Source: a virus (Duplodnaviria; Caudoviricetes). Taken from it: a stretch of 45,456 nucleotides of DNA. A program made the position numbers and the translations under genes. Numbering within the stretch: position 1 is the stretch's first letter; every line of letters starts with the position of its first letter. The notes under the pieces were generated by a model that searched no databases, was not told the DNA's origin, and saw only the letters and a program-made list of their open reading frames with translations. Location of the stretch: IMG/VR virus record IMGVR_UViG_3300004633_000352, positions 1-45,456 of that record. One strand, 5' to 3'. Below are positions 36,581 through 44,682 of this stretch, in pieces.

Positions 36581-37818
36581 GACGCCTCCCTTATCTCCTC
36601 TTCCGCCGGCATCCGCGCTCGTGCCCAGTCCGTGAGCCCGTACTTGTCGGGCGTCATTTTTTTCGTCACGCCTAATAACTCGAGGTCCTCCACCGCGCGC
36701 CTGGTCGCCACCTCGCTTACCCGCACCGCCCGCGCAATCTCAGCCGGCCGGCCGCGTCCCTCCGCCACCTGAGCGAGCACCAGGCGCCTGAGTAGCGGCA
36801 TCGAATCGAGCGCTACTTTCTCGCAGGCCTGCCAGCGCTCCTGGTCATTCACGCCGATCGCCTCCATACCCAAGAACAACTGAATGAGCTCCGCGGTCAT
36901 ACGCGTGGCGACTTCTGGCGTCGAGACATCCACCACGTCGCGCGTACGGTAGTCGCGCGGCACAGGCGTGCGCGCCACCGCAGCCAGCTGAGCCAACGTC
37001 ACCATACGATCCGTATCCGCGTGATCGAGCTCCCTGCGCTTCTGCCGGTTCTCCATCGTCAGAGCGAGCGCCTCGAACATCTCCGCGACCAGCTCCGCCA
37101 TGGCCGTCTCCATGTCCTCGCGATCGACGCAGTTGGCGGCCGCCACGCACTCCTGGTAGCCGTCGGTCTGCGGGTAACGGTAATAGAGACTCCTTTCGCC
37201 CATTTCTCTGGTCACCTCCGTATGACGGTCGATCGCGTGCGTGACGCCGGCGAGTAGCGCGACCGTGCCAGTATGGCGGAGTGTGCGGCCGCCCTCGCCG
37301 CCGATATCGCGCGACCAGGTCCGGTCGTATAACTCGCGCAAGGCGCCTAACAGTTCGGTGACTGCCTCCCGTGACTTTGACAGGACCGTGGTGAAGTCCA
37401 TGAACAGCATGCAGCCGTGATCCCCGAGCTCGCACAGGATGCCGCCGGTCGCGTCACGCGCCATCTCCTTGCGTTTGGTCCCGGAGAGTAACGCCGCCTC
37501 TGATTTGATCGATGCCACCATCCGCATCCTGGGGAGCTTGAGCAGCGATTTCAGCAGCGTGGTTTTGCCGCAGCCCGAGGGCCCGACCAGCATCAGCCAC
37601 AACGGGATGCCGGTGAGCATATTGCCAGCGGCGGCCCCGAGCAGTACATAGAGCGGCATCGGGTCGGGCAGCATCATATAGCTCTGGAATCGGGCGGCGA
37701 GCGCGTAGATGGCGGTGTCCGGATCGGCCAGGTTACTGTCGGTGATCCCGACACGCGAGTATGTTGCTGGTGTTGCTAAGGTCGCGAGTCCGTTCGTATG
37801 AGTGGACATAGTGACCAT
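36571..37818 (-). CDS. MCM-like AAA+ ATPase/helicase with C-terminal winged HTH
   Basis: LVGPSGCGKT, S..ALLSG..GG.L, LFMDF, ER arginine finger, sensor-2-like TR; EIARAVRVS..TRRAVEDL. Confidence 0.6.
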   Translation of the reverse strand: MVTMSTHTNGLATLATPATYSRVGITDSNLADPDTAIYALAARFQSYMMLPDPMPLYVLLGAAAGNMLTGIPLWLMLVGPSGCGKTTLLKSLLKLPRMRMVASIKSEAALLSGTKRKEMARDATGGILCELGDHGCMLFMDFTTVLSKSREAVTELLGALRELYDRTWSRDIGGEGGRTLRHTGTVALLAGVTHAIDRHTEVTREMGERSLYYRYPQTDGYQECVAAANCVDREDMETAMAELVAEMFEALALTMENRQKRRELDHADTDRMVTLAQLAAVARTPVPRDYRTRDVVDVSTPEVATRMTAELIQLFLGMEAIGVNDQERWQACEKVALDSMPLLRRLVLAQVAEGRGRPAEIARAVRVSEVATRRAVEDLELLGVTKKMTPDKYGLTDWARARMPAEEEIREASCM

Positions 37819-37857
37819 GATACTAACCTGGTCACTGACATACTCTGCTCAGGCCGG

Positions 37858-39219
37858 TCAGGAGGCTTCCGGTTGCTCTCCCTGTTGTTGCTCTCCATCC
37901 CCGGCCTGGCGGGCGCGCCGCTTCTTCTGCCGCATACCTGACTGTCTCACCCGTTCCTGCTCCTGTTTCTCTCCCGCGCTCTTCCGCGACTTGCGGGCCC
38001 GTGTGTTCAGCGGCGCCTCCTGCCGGGCCTCCTGCTGTCGCTCTCCCCGCGCCTTGTCTCCTGTCGGCAGTTCTCCCAGCAGCCTTCCTGCCGCTACTCC
38101 CGCCGCATCTACCTCTTCGGCTAGCGATTCCCAGTTATCTATGCAATCCGCGATACTGTCCCACGCCGCGGTCACACCTTTCTCTCCGCTCGCGAGCTTG
38201 CCGTGTCCCCACTGGCAAAAGGTCACGACAAATCTCCGCATGACGTCTGGATAGCCCGGTCCGTCCCACTGCTCGACCAACTCGAGCATCTCGGCCATAC
38301 GTGGCGCTTTGATCACAGTTCCGCCACTCAGCTCCTTGACCGCCTTTCGGACGTGTTGTATTTTGACGACGGGTTCTGGCTCTGGCACAGGCTCGGGTTG
38401 GGCGGAGGCCTCAGACGGGAGTGACGCCCCGGCTTTGGCTTCCGCCTTCCCACTCGCAGGCACCTTCCCTCTTGCCTGCGACCCTTTTCCCTTCTTCCCT
38501 CTTCCCTTCCCTTTCGCCGCATCCTCTTTGGCGTGCTCGCGTGCTCGCTCATACACAGCCGTCTGTTCAGTGACGGGTGCAGACGCCGCCTGCAACGCCG
38601 CTGTCTTAGACATCCGTCCTTTTCTGACCGCCTCGACCGCCACATCCGGCAGGGTCAGCAACCTCTCCGCATCCACCACCGTTGCCCGCGACACGCACAG
38701 GAAGTCCGCCACCTTCTGGGTATCGATCGATCCCGGCCACTCGAATTTTTTGCGGATGACACCGATGGTTCGTGCAAACTCGATCGGGCTCTGCTGGCGC
38801 TTCTGAGTAAAGGATAGGAGCGCGGCGCGGAAGGCCTGGAGCGGGGTCAGGTCACGCACCAGGATCCGCAGGCCGAACGTCGCGTCCCCTTCCCGTTGCG
38901 GGTGTTCGCGTAGCCACCGCGCCGCCCGCAACCGCCGTTCCCCGTCGACCAATTTCAGCGCATCTTCGGCGAGATCGATGCGCACGAGGCAGGGCTCGTT
39001 CTGGCCCTCCTCGCTCATGGCCAAGGCCAGCTCGGGGATGGCGAGTTCCTGCTCGGTAGCGCCCGACCACTCGCGTAGTGCGTGGATGTCCGGGTCGATC
39101 ACAATGTCGTCCGGGTCGACCTCGTACTCAATACCTCCCGTCGCCGCCTCCTCTTTGAGGTATGCCTGGACCTGCCCGGGTTGGCTCTCCGTCCGGTTCA
39201 CGTCAGCCTCACTCGTCAT
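37858..39219 (-). CDS. ParB/Srx N-terminal domain protein with HTH
   Basis: EGQNEPCLVR, LVDGERRLRA, QKVADFLCVSRATV; ATG 39219 follows GAGGAAG. Confidence 0.85.
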   Translation of the reverse strand: MTSEADVNRTESQPGQVQAYLKEEAATGGIEYEVDPDDIVIDPDIHALREWSGATEQELAIPELALAMSEEGQNEPCLVRIDLAEDALKLVDGERRLRAARWLREHPQREGDATFGLRILVRDLTPLQAFRAALLSFTQKRQQSPIEFARTIGVIRKKFEWPGSIDTQKVADFLCVSRATVVDAERLLTLPDVAVEAVRKGRMSKTAALQAASAPVTEQTAVYERAREHAKEDAAKGKGRGKKGKGSQARGKVPASGKAEAKAGASLPSEASAQPEPVPEPEPVVKIQHVRKAVKELSGGTVIKAPRMAEMLELVEQWDGPGYPDVMRRFVVTFCQWGHGKLASGEKGVTAAWDSIADCIDNWESLAEEVDAAGVAAGRLLGELPTGDKARGERQQEARQEAPLNTRARKSRKSAGEKQEQERVRQSGMRQKKRRARQAGDGEQQQGEQPEAS

Positions 39220-39440
39220 CTTTGCTTCCTCATTTCTGATTCCCTCATTTCCGGGTCCGCGCGCCTGGTCACTCCCTAACCGAACCGACCCGCGCATATG
39301 GTCCGCGTACCGTCCGCGTACTCATCTCGGACCCATCTCTTCGGGTATAACGCCGATCGCGAAATCCGGCAAATCGGGGTGACAACAGGGTGGGAAACGG
39401 GGTGGTAACGGGTCTATCGGAGGGTCATCTGCGAGTGATC

Positions 39441-39724
39441 GGAGCCACTCAACCTGGTCAAATTCGTGTCTCAGAAATGAGCCACATAGTTGTGGCTCCA
39501 CTTCTCCTGGTCAAAGCGCGTACATGATCTGACCAACAATAGTGGAGCCACAATGCCACGCCTGTACTAACGCGTACCAAAACGCACCAAAACGACCATT
39601 TGACCAGCCTGAGTGGCGCCACAATTCACCATGTCGCCACCCGCCTATATATATATATTCTTTCTCTTTCTGAATATATATAATATATAGTGGGATTACA
39701 CGGTAGATGTGGCTCCACTTCTCC
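39441..39724. repeat. Origin-like region: nested inverted repeats, GTGGAGCCAC-type iterons and an AT-rich tract
   Basis: 39441-39462 vs 39599-39620 and 39490-39513 vs 39530-39553 are inverted; TGTGGCTCCACTTCTCC at 39491 and 39708; (TA)n tract about 39646-39689. Confidence 0.7.
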
Positions 39725-39953
39725 ATTGTCACGAAATCGTACGCGTTTGTCAGTTACTGTCGCGCAAAGCGGTACGACGCAAAGCGGCACGAGACGAGCG
39801 CACATAAACCGCACAGAAACTCGACCCAATTGCCAGCCGGCCGCATCTGACTCCCGCATACACCCGATCGGGCAAGTGTCTGATGCGCGGATGACCTGCG
39901 CACCACCTCGCGCATGGTGCGTACTGGAAAGCACATGATGCGCTCGGTACAAT

Positions 39954-39981
39954 TTGACACTGCGGTGTAACGTGATAAAGT
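39954..39981 (+). promoter_or_regulatory. Sigma70-like rightward promoter
   Basis: TTGACA-16 nt-TAAAGT with TG extension. Confidence 0.55.
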
Positions 39982-40146
39982 CGAATATGCGTAAACACAC
40001 GTACCGGAAGTACTAGCAGGTGGAAATGGCAGTCGAACATACGGGCGGAGTGAGAGGCGGCATGAGAGGCGGCATGCGAGAGAAATCGAGTGCGGAGGTT
40101 GCGGCGCAAATGACCGGGTGAGCGGGGCGTCCGGGTAGGGGGACAC

Positions 40147-40695
40147 ATGAGCGTCACAGGTGTTCGAATAGAAACCGGAATTGATACTTTAACGAATCAA
40201 TTTCCGAAGGAATTAGCGGGTCAATTAGCGGGGCGCGTGAATGGTGAAAAGTTACTATTCCCGGGGGCGGTGCGAGGACGGTTCACATTGCTCCACCGCG
40301 AGACGATCCGATCCGGCCTTGACGAGACGCGGCGTCTCGCGACCGGCATGTGGTCCTGCCGTTGCGCCTGCGGCCGAGAGGAGCTGGTCCCGGCACGCGA
40401 CCTGCGCCGGCTCAGTCAGCGGGCGCGGCGCGGTTGTCTGGCTTGCCCTTCCCCGCCAGTCCGATCGCCGGCCCGACCGGTCCACTCCCGCCGAGGGCGC
40501 CGAGGGGCCGCCCGCTACCAGGGCCAGATTTTCGGCCGCCTCGAGGTGCGGGACTGGGAGCACGGCCGCGGTTGGGCGTGCGAGTGCCTCGTATGCGGCG
40601 CGATCGAGTACGTGCGCCGCTCGCGCTATCTGATCTCGGTCGGCTCGCGTCCCTGTCGCACCATGACGGGCGGCGCGCCCTGCGGAGGTGACTGA
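40147..40695 (+). CDS. Cys-rich protein with two G..FGRL/W.C.C..G repeats (as at the N-terminus of phage HNH/AP2 proteins)
   Basis: WSCRCACG..GCLAC and FGRLEV..WACECLVCG; no HNH core seen. Confidence 0.55.
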   Translation: MSVTGVRIETGIDTLTNQFPKELAGQLAGRVNGEKLLFPGAVRGRFTLLHRETIRSGLDETRRLATGMWSCRCACGREELVPARDLRRLSQRARRGCLACPSPPVRSPARPVHSRRGRRGAARYQGQIFGRLEVRDWEHGRGWACECLVCGAIEYVRRSRYLISVGSRPCRTMTGGAPCGGD

Positions 40696-41285
40696 TGGCA
40701 GCCGCGGTTGCATACGCCTTCGAACAACGCGCGTCAGGATCCTCTTCACAGCCCCCGCCCCTTCGTATCCCACCCGCCCTGGCGACTGATCCTTCTCGCC
40801 CTTCTCATCGCACTCACATTCAATCGGCCCGTCCCGGCCGCGTCATCCCGGGCTACCTGCCGCGCCGCGGCATGGCATCATCTACCCGCGCCTCGACCGC
40901 CTCGACCGCTTCCGTCGCCCTGCCGACTCTCTCCGACCGTATCATCGCGGAGTTGCCACCTGACCCCATGCTCAAGCTGAACACGCTGATCCGCGCCGGC
41001 CTGGCCGACGTGCCGCAGGGGATGATCACGATCGACCAGCATGAGCGCGCCTGTCTGGGCCAGCATGTGGAGCCGACCGACCGGCAGAAGGATGTGGTCG
41101 TCGCACTCTACCGGATCTATGTTCGCGACCATGAGCCCGACGATCTGCTCGGCGGTGTGGATGGTGTGGAGGCTGATGCGGAGACTCGCGATTCTTTATA
41201 TTGCGCTCATTGCGGTCTGCCTGCGCCTGGCCGGCCAGGCACACTCGGTCACGCTGACGTGGACGTGGTCGCAGGGCACTGGTGA
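40695..41285 (+). CDS. Hypothetical protein (start and end uncertain)
   Basis: Plausible core MLKLNTLIRAGL...; overlaps the next gene by 110 nt. Confidence 0.35.
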   Translation: MAAAVAYAFEQRASGSSSQPPPLRIPPALATDPSRPSHRTHIQSARPGRVIPGYLPRRGMASSTRASTASTASVALPTLSDRIIAELPPDPMLKLNTLIRAGLADVPQGMITIDQHERACLGQHVEPTDRQKDVVVALYRIYVRDHEPDDLLGGVDGVEADAETRDSLYCAHCGLPAPGRPGTLGHADVDVVAGHW

Positions 41286-41535
41286 GCCGGCGACGGGCTT
41301 CAAGGTGTATCGCAGTCTGACGCAAGGCGGGGCCATGACGCTGATCCACACCATCACGAACACGACGACGCAGGTGTACGTGGATACGGCGGTGCAGGCC
41401 GGGCACAGCTACTGGTACGAGGTGAAAGCCTACGATGCTGGCGGAGAGAGCGCGCCGAGCAATATAGCGCCAGCGACTATCCCGGCTCCGCCGCCGCCAG
41501 TTCCACCTGGCAATCTGGTGGCGCAGGTAAATTAA
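41176..41535 (+). CDS. Secreted fibronectin type III domain protein
   Basis: SD GGAGG, signal peptide MRRLAILYIALIAV..AGQA, VTLTW..GFKVYRS..YVD..YWYEV..ESAPSN. Confidence 0.85.
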   Translation: MRRLAILYIALIAVCLRLAGQAHSVTLTWTWSQGTGEPATGFKVYRSLTQGGAMTLIHTITNTTTQVYVDTAVQAGHSYWYEVKAYDAGGESAPSNIAPATIPAPPPPVPPGNLVAQVN

Positions 41536-41563
41536 TTGAGAGTCCTTAGCGGAGGCGAGGGAT

Positions 41564-41878
41564 CTAGCGGCTGATTGTCGTACAAAGCCGCAACGCCCGA
41601 CGCTGGTCGGCAGTGAATCTGGACGAGTAACCGTGGGATTCGAGCAGTCGAAGCGTCGAACATGTGTGCAAGATCATTTGCGCATCCTCTGGGCTAAGTG
41701 GAACGTCGGAGCTGTCCTTTGGGGGATGGGTCGCGGCGAGAGTGCGGGCCGCCGGGCTGACCGCCGGGCTGATTTCGCCAGCAGGCGTTTCGCTGTTTTT
41801 GCCAAGCACAAACAAAACGATTACGGCAGCCAAATAAACAAGGACGCAGATGCAGAGGCGTTGAACGAATGTTTTCAT
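41564..41878 (-). CDS. Membrane-anchored protein (moron-like, lower GC)
   Basis: N-terminal TM helix, opposite strand, TG-G-TACAAT upstream. Confidence 0.55.
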   Translation of the reverse strand: MKTFVQRLCICVLVYLAAVIVLFVLGKNSETPAGEISPAVSPAARTLAATHPPKDSSDVPLSPEDAQMILHTCSTLRLLESHGYSSRFTADQRRALRLCTTISR

Positions 41879-42030
41879 AAACGTATCTTTTTGCATATTG
41901 TACCAAACAGGTACCGCGCGGACGATAGCGCGGATGGTCGTCCCCCCACGTAGTACCACGGGTACACTCCCGATGTCCCATCAGCTAAAAACCCTATGCG
42001 CGGACACTATATATCTGGTATGGATGGTGT

Positions 42031-42693
42031 ATGGATACCGAAAGCATACCAACCAGCCCGCCGCTTGCCACGGCGGCACCCGATACCTCCGATCCCGCCC
42101 CCGCTCTGGTCCCTGACCTATCGACCGTCGGCTGGCCGACCAAATACGAGGCGGCCGAGAGCCTGGGCGTCGGCATCAAGACGCTCGAGAAATACGTGGC
42201 GCAGAAGCGCCTGCGCCAGCGCATGCAGAGCCAGATCAACAAGCCTCAGCGTGCGGTGATCGATCCGCTCTCGATCGAGGAGGAGCTCCAAAGACGCGCC
42301 AGGCGGGAGGCCGAGGCCAAGGCCGTCGAAGCGGCGCGTCAGGCGGCCCGCGAGGCGGCCGCGAATGCCCAGGTGAGCCTGAGCGGCATGGTGAGCAACC
42401 TCGTCGAGGCGAAGCTGAGTCCGCAGGCTGCCGACCTCGAAACAGCCAACCCGCGGGCAGCTAACCTCGAAGCGTTTCTGACCTCGTTGTTCGAGACACT
42501 GGCACCGCGCGACACCACTAGCTGGCCGATCCCGCTCTGGCTCACGACCGAGCAGGCGATCCGCTATACCGGCCTGAGTGCGCGGTTCCTCGACCGGATG
42601 GTCAGCGAGGGGCGGCTCTCCCGGATCGAGGCCGGCGTCCGCGGCTATCGTTACGCGCGCATTTCGCTCGACTCGCTCGAGGTCGAATTGTGA
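42031..42693 (+). CDS. Excisionase/MerR-like double-HTH protein
   Basis: TKYEAAESLGVGIKTLEKYV and WLTTEQAIRYTGLS..L..GRL. Confidence 0.75.
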   Translation: MDTESIPTSPPLATAAPDTSDPAPALVPDLSTVGWPTKYEAAESLGVGIKTLEKYVAQKRLRQRMQSQINKPQRAVIDPLSIEEELQRRARREAEAKAVEAARQAAREAAANAQVSLSGMVSNLVEAKLSPQAADLETANPRAANLEAFLTSLFETLAPRDTTSWPIPLWLTTEQAIRYTGLSARFLDRMVSEGRLSRIEAGVRGYRYARISLDSLEVEL

Positions 42694-43058
42694 GCCACCC
42701 TTATCGGGGTGGCTATCGGGGCGGCTATCAAAGCGTCCAATACGACCGCCGTGGTACAACCGGTGCTGTGACTGGCTCCAAGAACGCCGCCAACCACGCG
42801 AACGCGCCCAGCTATGTGAACGCCTCCGGCCCGGTATGCGGATGTAGCGACCTCGACTGCATCCTGCGCCTCGGCATCGCCTGGAGCGCGTACCGCCCCC
42901 GCTCGGGCGAGGTGTGGATCGCCAACGCCTGCCGCTCTGATCGGAGCGGCCTCGACCTCGCCGACACCCGCCGCGGGTATGCTATCTATCGGCAGGTATC
43001 GGCTGAGCCTGCCGAGCCTGCCGAGCCCGTTACGACGGAGGGTCGCGGTGGAGCCTGA
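42690..43058 (+). CDS. Hypothetical protein
   Basis: GTGA-coupled ORF. Confidence 0.4.
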   Translation: MSHPYRGGYRGGYQSVQYDRRGTTGAVTGSKNAANHANAPSYVNASGPVCGCSDLDCILRLGIAWSAYRPRSGEVWIANACRSDRSGLDLADTRRGYAIYRQVSAEPAEPAEPVTTEGRGGA

Positions 43059-43227
43059 TGAGAATCTGATGGAGCAACTGAGGCTGGCCGAGGAGATCCA
43101 CGACCCGCAGACCGGCCTCGGCGAGCTGCTTCTGAAGGGCGCCCGACTGGCCGAACTGGTCCAGCAGCTCGACCGGTCCCTATCGACCGGCGGCACCCCG
43201 CCCCGCCGCCTGAACGCTTTCGTTTGA
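43048..43227 (+). CDS. Small hypothetical protein
   Basis: SD GGAGG before GTG; ..LAELVQQLDRSLSTGGTPP. Confidence 0.45.
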   Translation: MEPDENLMEQLRLAEEIHDPQTGLGELLLKGARLAELVQQLDRSLSTGGTPPRRLNAFV

Positions 43228-43576
43228 GTGACGTCTCGCGGGATGGCTCGAGTTCAGCTTGAGCTTCTCCCGCTCTCTACTTCCGCTCCTACTTCCCTTA
43301 CCGTATAGAATCCATTGGGTTTTTACCACATCCACAGCCCTATCGCGCGTCCTCTCCACGTCTGCTCTATTATCTGCAACGGTCGTTTGTTATCGACAAG
43401 GGTGGCGCACCGAGCCACGCGTCGAGTTCAAACTCTTCACGGTCCTCAGATGTGATGGATGGCAATGCGAGGGATGAACGCGTCCACTTCAATCCCGGTT
43501 TCGGTCTTGCCGCGCCAGATCCGGGCGCGAACCCCGTCTATCTCGACTATCTGGTCAGTTGGCTCAATCGTAATCT

Positions 43577-43801
43577 TCATTGGGAGCCTGCTGGTTCCTC
43601 ATCCGCCCGGCGTTCTTTACCGGACCGCGCGACGTGATGGTTTTTCCAGCGGTTTTTGCCGCCGGCGGACCTAATCTGGTGTGCCTTCTTTGGGTCCATC
43701 ACGGCGAGTCCCTTAGGGACCTTTTTCTTGCCGCCTTTTCGGCCGAGCACAGCCGCCGCCTCGCTGATCGCCGCCTCGCTGATCTCTTTACGGGTTGCCA
43801 T
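43577..43801 (-). CDS. Small basic KGG-like protein (AAAVLGRKGG..KG..IRSAGG..RW)
   Basis: Motif shared with ORF 4385-4666; divergent promoter region upstream. Confidence 0.7.
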   Translation of the reverse strand: MATRKEISEAAISEAAAVLGRKGGKKKVPKGLAVMDPKKAHQIRSAGGKNRWKNHHVARSGKERRADEEPAGSQ

Positions 43802-43817
43802 CGCTAAAAAAGTTAAC

Positions 43818-43874
43818 ATAAAACGCTTATTCGTGCTGATTGCTATTGTATCAGTAACCGCTTATTGCTACAAT
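43818..43874. promoter_or_regulatory. Divergent promoters with two TAA(A/C)CGCTTATT operator-like boxes
   Basis: TTGTAT-17 nt-TACAAT ending 7 nt before ATG 43882; boxes at 43818-43831 and 43855-43866. Confidence 0.6.
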
Positions 43875-43881
43875 AGCAGGC

Positions 43882-44121
43882 ATGGATCTACACACCTGCA
43901 AGGTTTGCCATCAGTGGAAAGACGACCATCACACCGGACCGAAGTACAAGTATTCGGTCCGGCATTATGCGCACGCCCGTTGCGGCATCGTGCGCTGGGG
44001 CTACACCTGGCTGGACAAGCAGCCGGATTGGATCATCAAGCAATTTCCGTACCTGCTGGCTGAGGAGCTGGGGATTCTCGATTATCTCCGCGGCCGCACG
44101 GCCATAGCGGAGGGCAAGTAG
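43882..44121 (+). CDS. Small zinc-binding hypothetical protein, probably leaderless
   Basis: CKVC..KYSVRHYAH..C. Confidence 0.6.
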   Translation: MDLHTCKVCHQWKDDHHTGPKYKYSVRHYAHARCGIVRWGYTWLDKQPDWIIKQFPYLLAEELGILDYLRGRTAIAEGK

Positions 44122-44346
44122 ATGGCGAGGCGCTATTACGTGCAATTACGGTACAGCATGGCCCACGGTGGCCTCGGCCGTCGACTACGTGCGCGATCGG
44201 ATCGCAGGGAAACGCCCGGAGCCGACGCACTACAGGATCCTGCCTGGAAGGTCGAGGTAAATGCGCCCGTGACTTGGCTCGATCGCTTGGCGTACCTGAT
44301 GTTTTTCCTCGTGCTGGTCGCGATGGCGTTCCTGGAGGCTCGCTAA
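44122..44346 (+). CDS. Small protein with C-terminal TM helix
   Basis: SD GGAGG; LAYLMFFLVLVAMAFL. Confidence 0.5.
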   Translation: MARRYYVQLRYSMAHGGLGRRLRARSDRRETPGADALQDPAWKVEVNAPVTWLDRLAYLMFFLVLVAMAFLEAR

Positions 44347-44599
44347 TGCTCTCGGATCGGCAGAGCACGGTCCGCGCACGGTCCGCGCACCGGTCCGCGC
44401 GCCTATGTTAGTATTCGCGGATGACCGGGATAACCATACCATCGGCGTATACGGCAGAAATCGTATGTGCCATATCCGGCAGTGCGCGGAGCGTGGGCCG
44501 CGTGCTCTCTCCTAGTGCGCGGATGTCGGTCCGGATATGGTTCCCTGCGAGGAAAGTTGCAGTAACCAGTTTTCTATCGGAAGATTCTGATGTAGGCTT

Positions 44600-44682
44600 A
44601 AAAGCGAAAGGCCCCAGGAGTTACCAGCTCCCGGGGCCCAAAACTTCGAAAGGACTGAACGATGCCGATGCAAGCACCGTAC
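44600..44682 (-). ncRNA. Candidate antisense RNA over the SD and start of the initiator gene
   Basis: - strand promoter TTGCGA(44717-44712)-17 nt-TACACT(44694-44689); terminator stem 44610-44638 followed by TTTCGCTTTT. Confidence 0.55.

Noticed and set aside
43055-43061. Hammerhead core CTGATGA
   Set aside because: No matching GAAA and stems; lies in coding sequence
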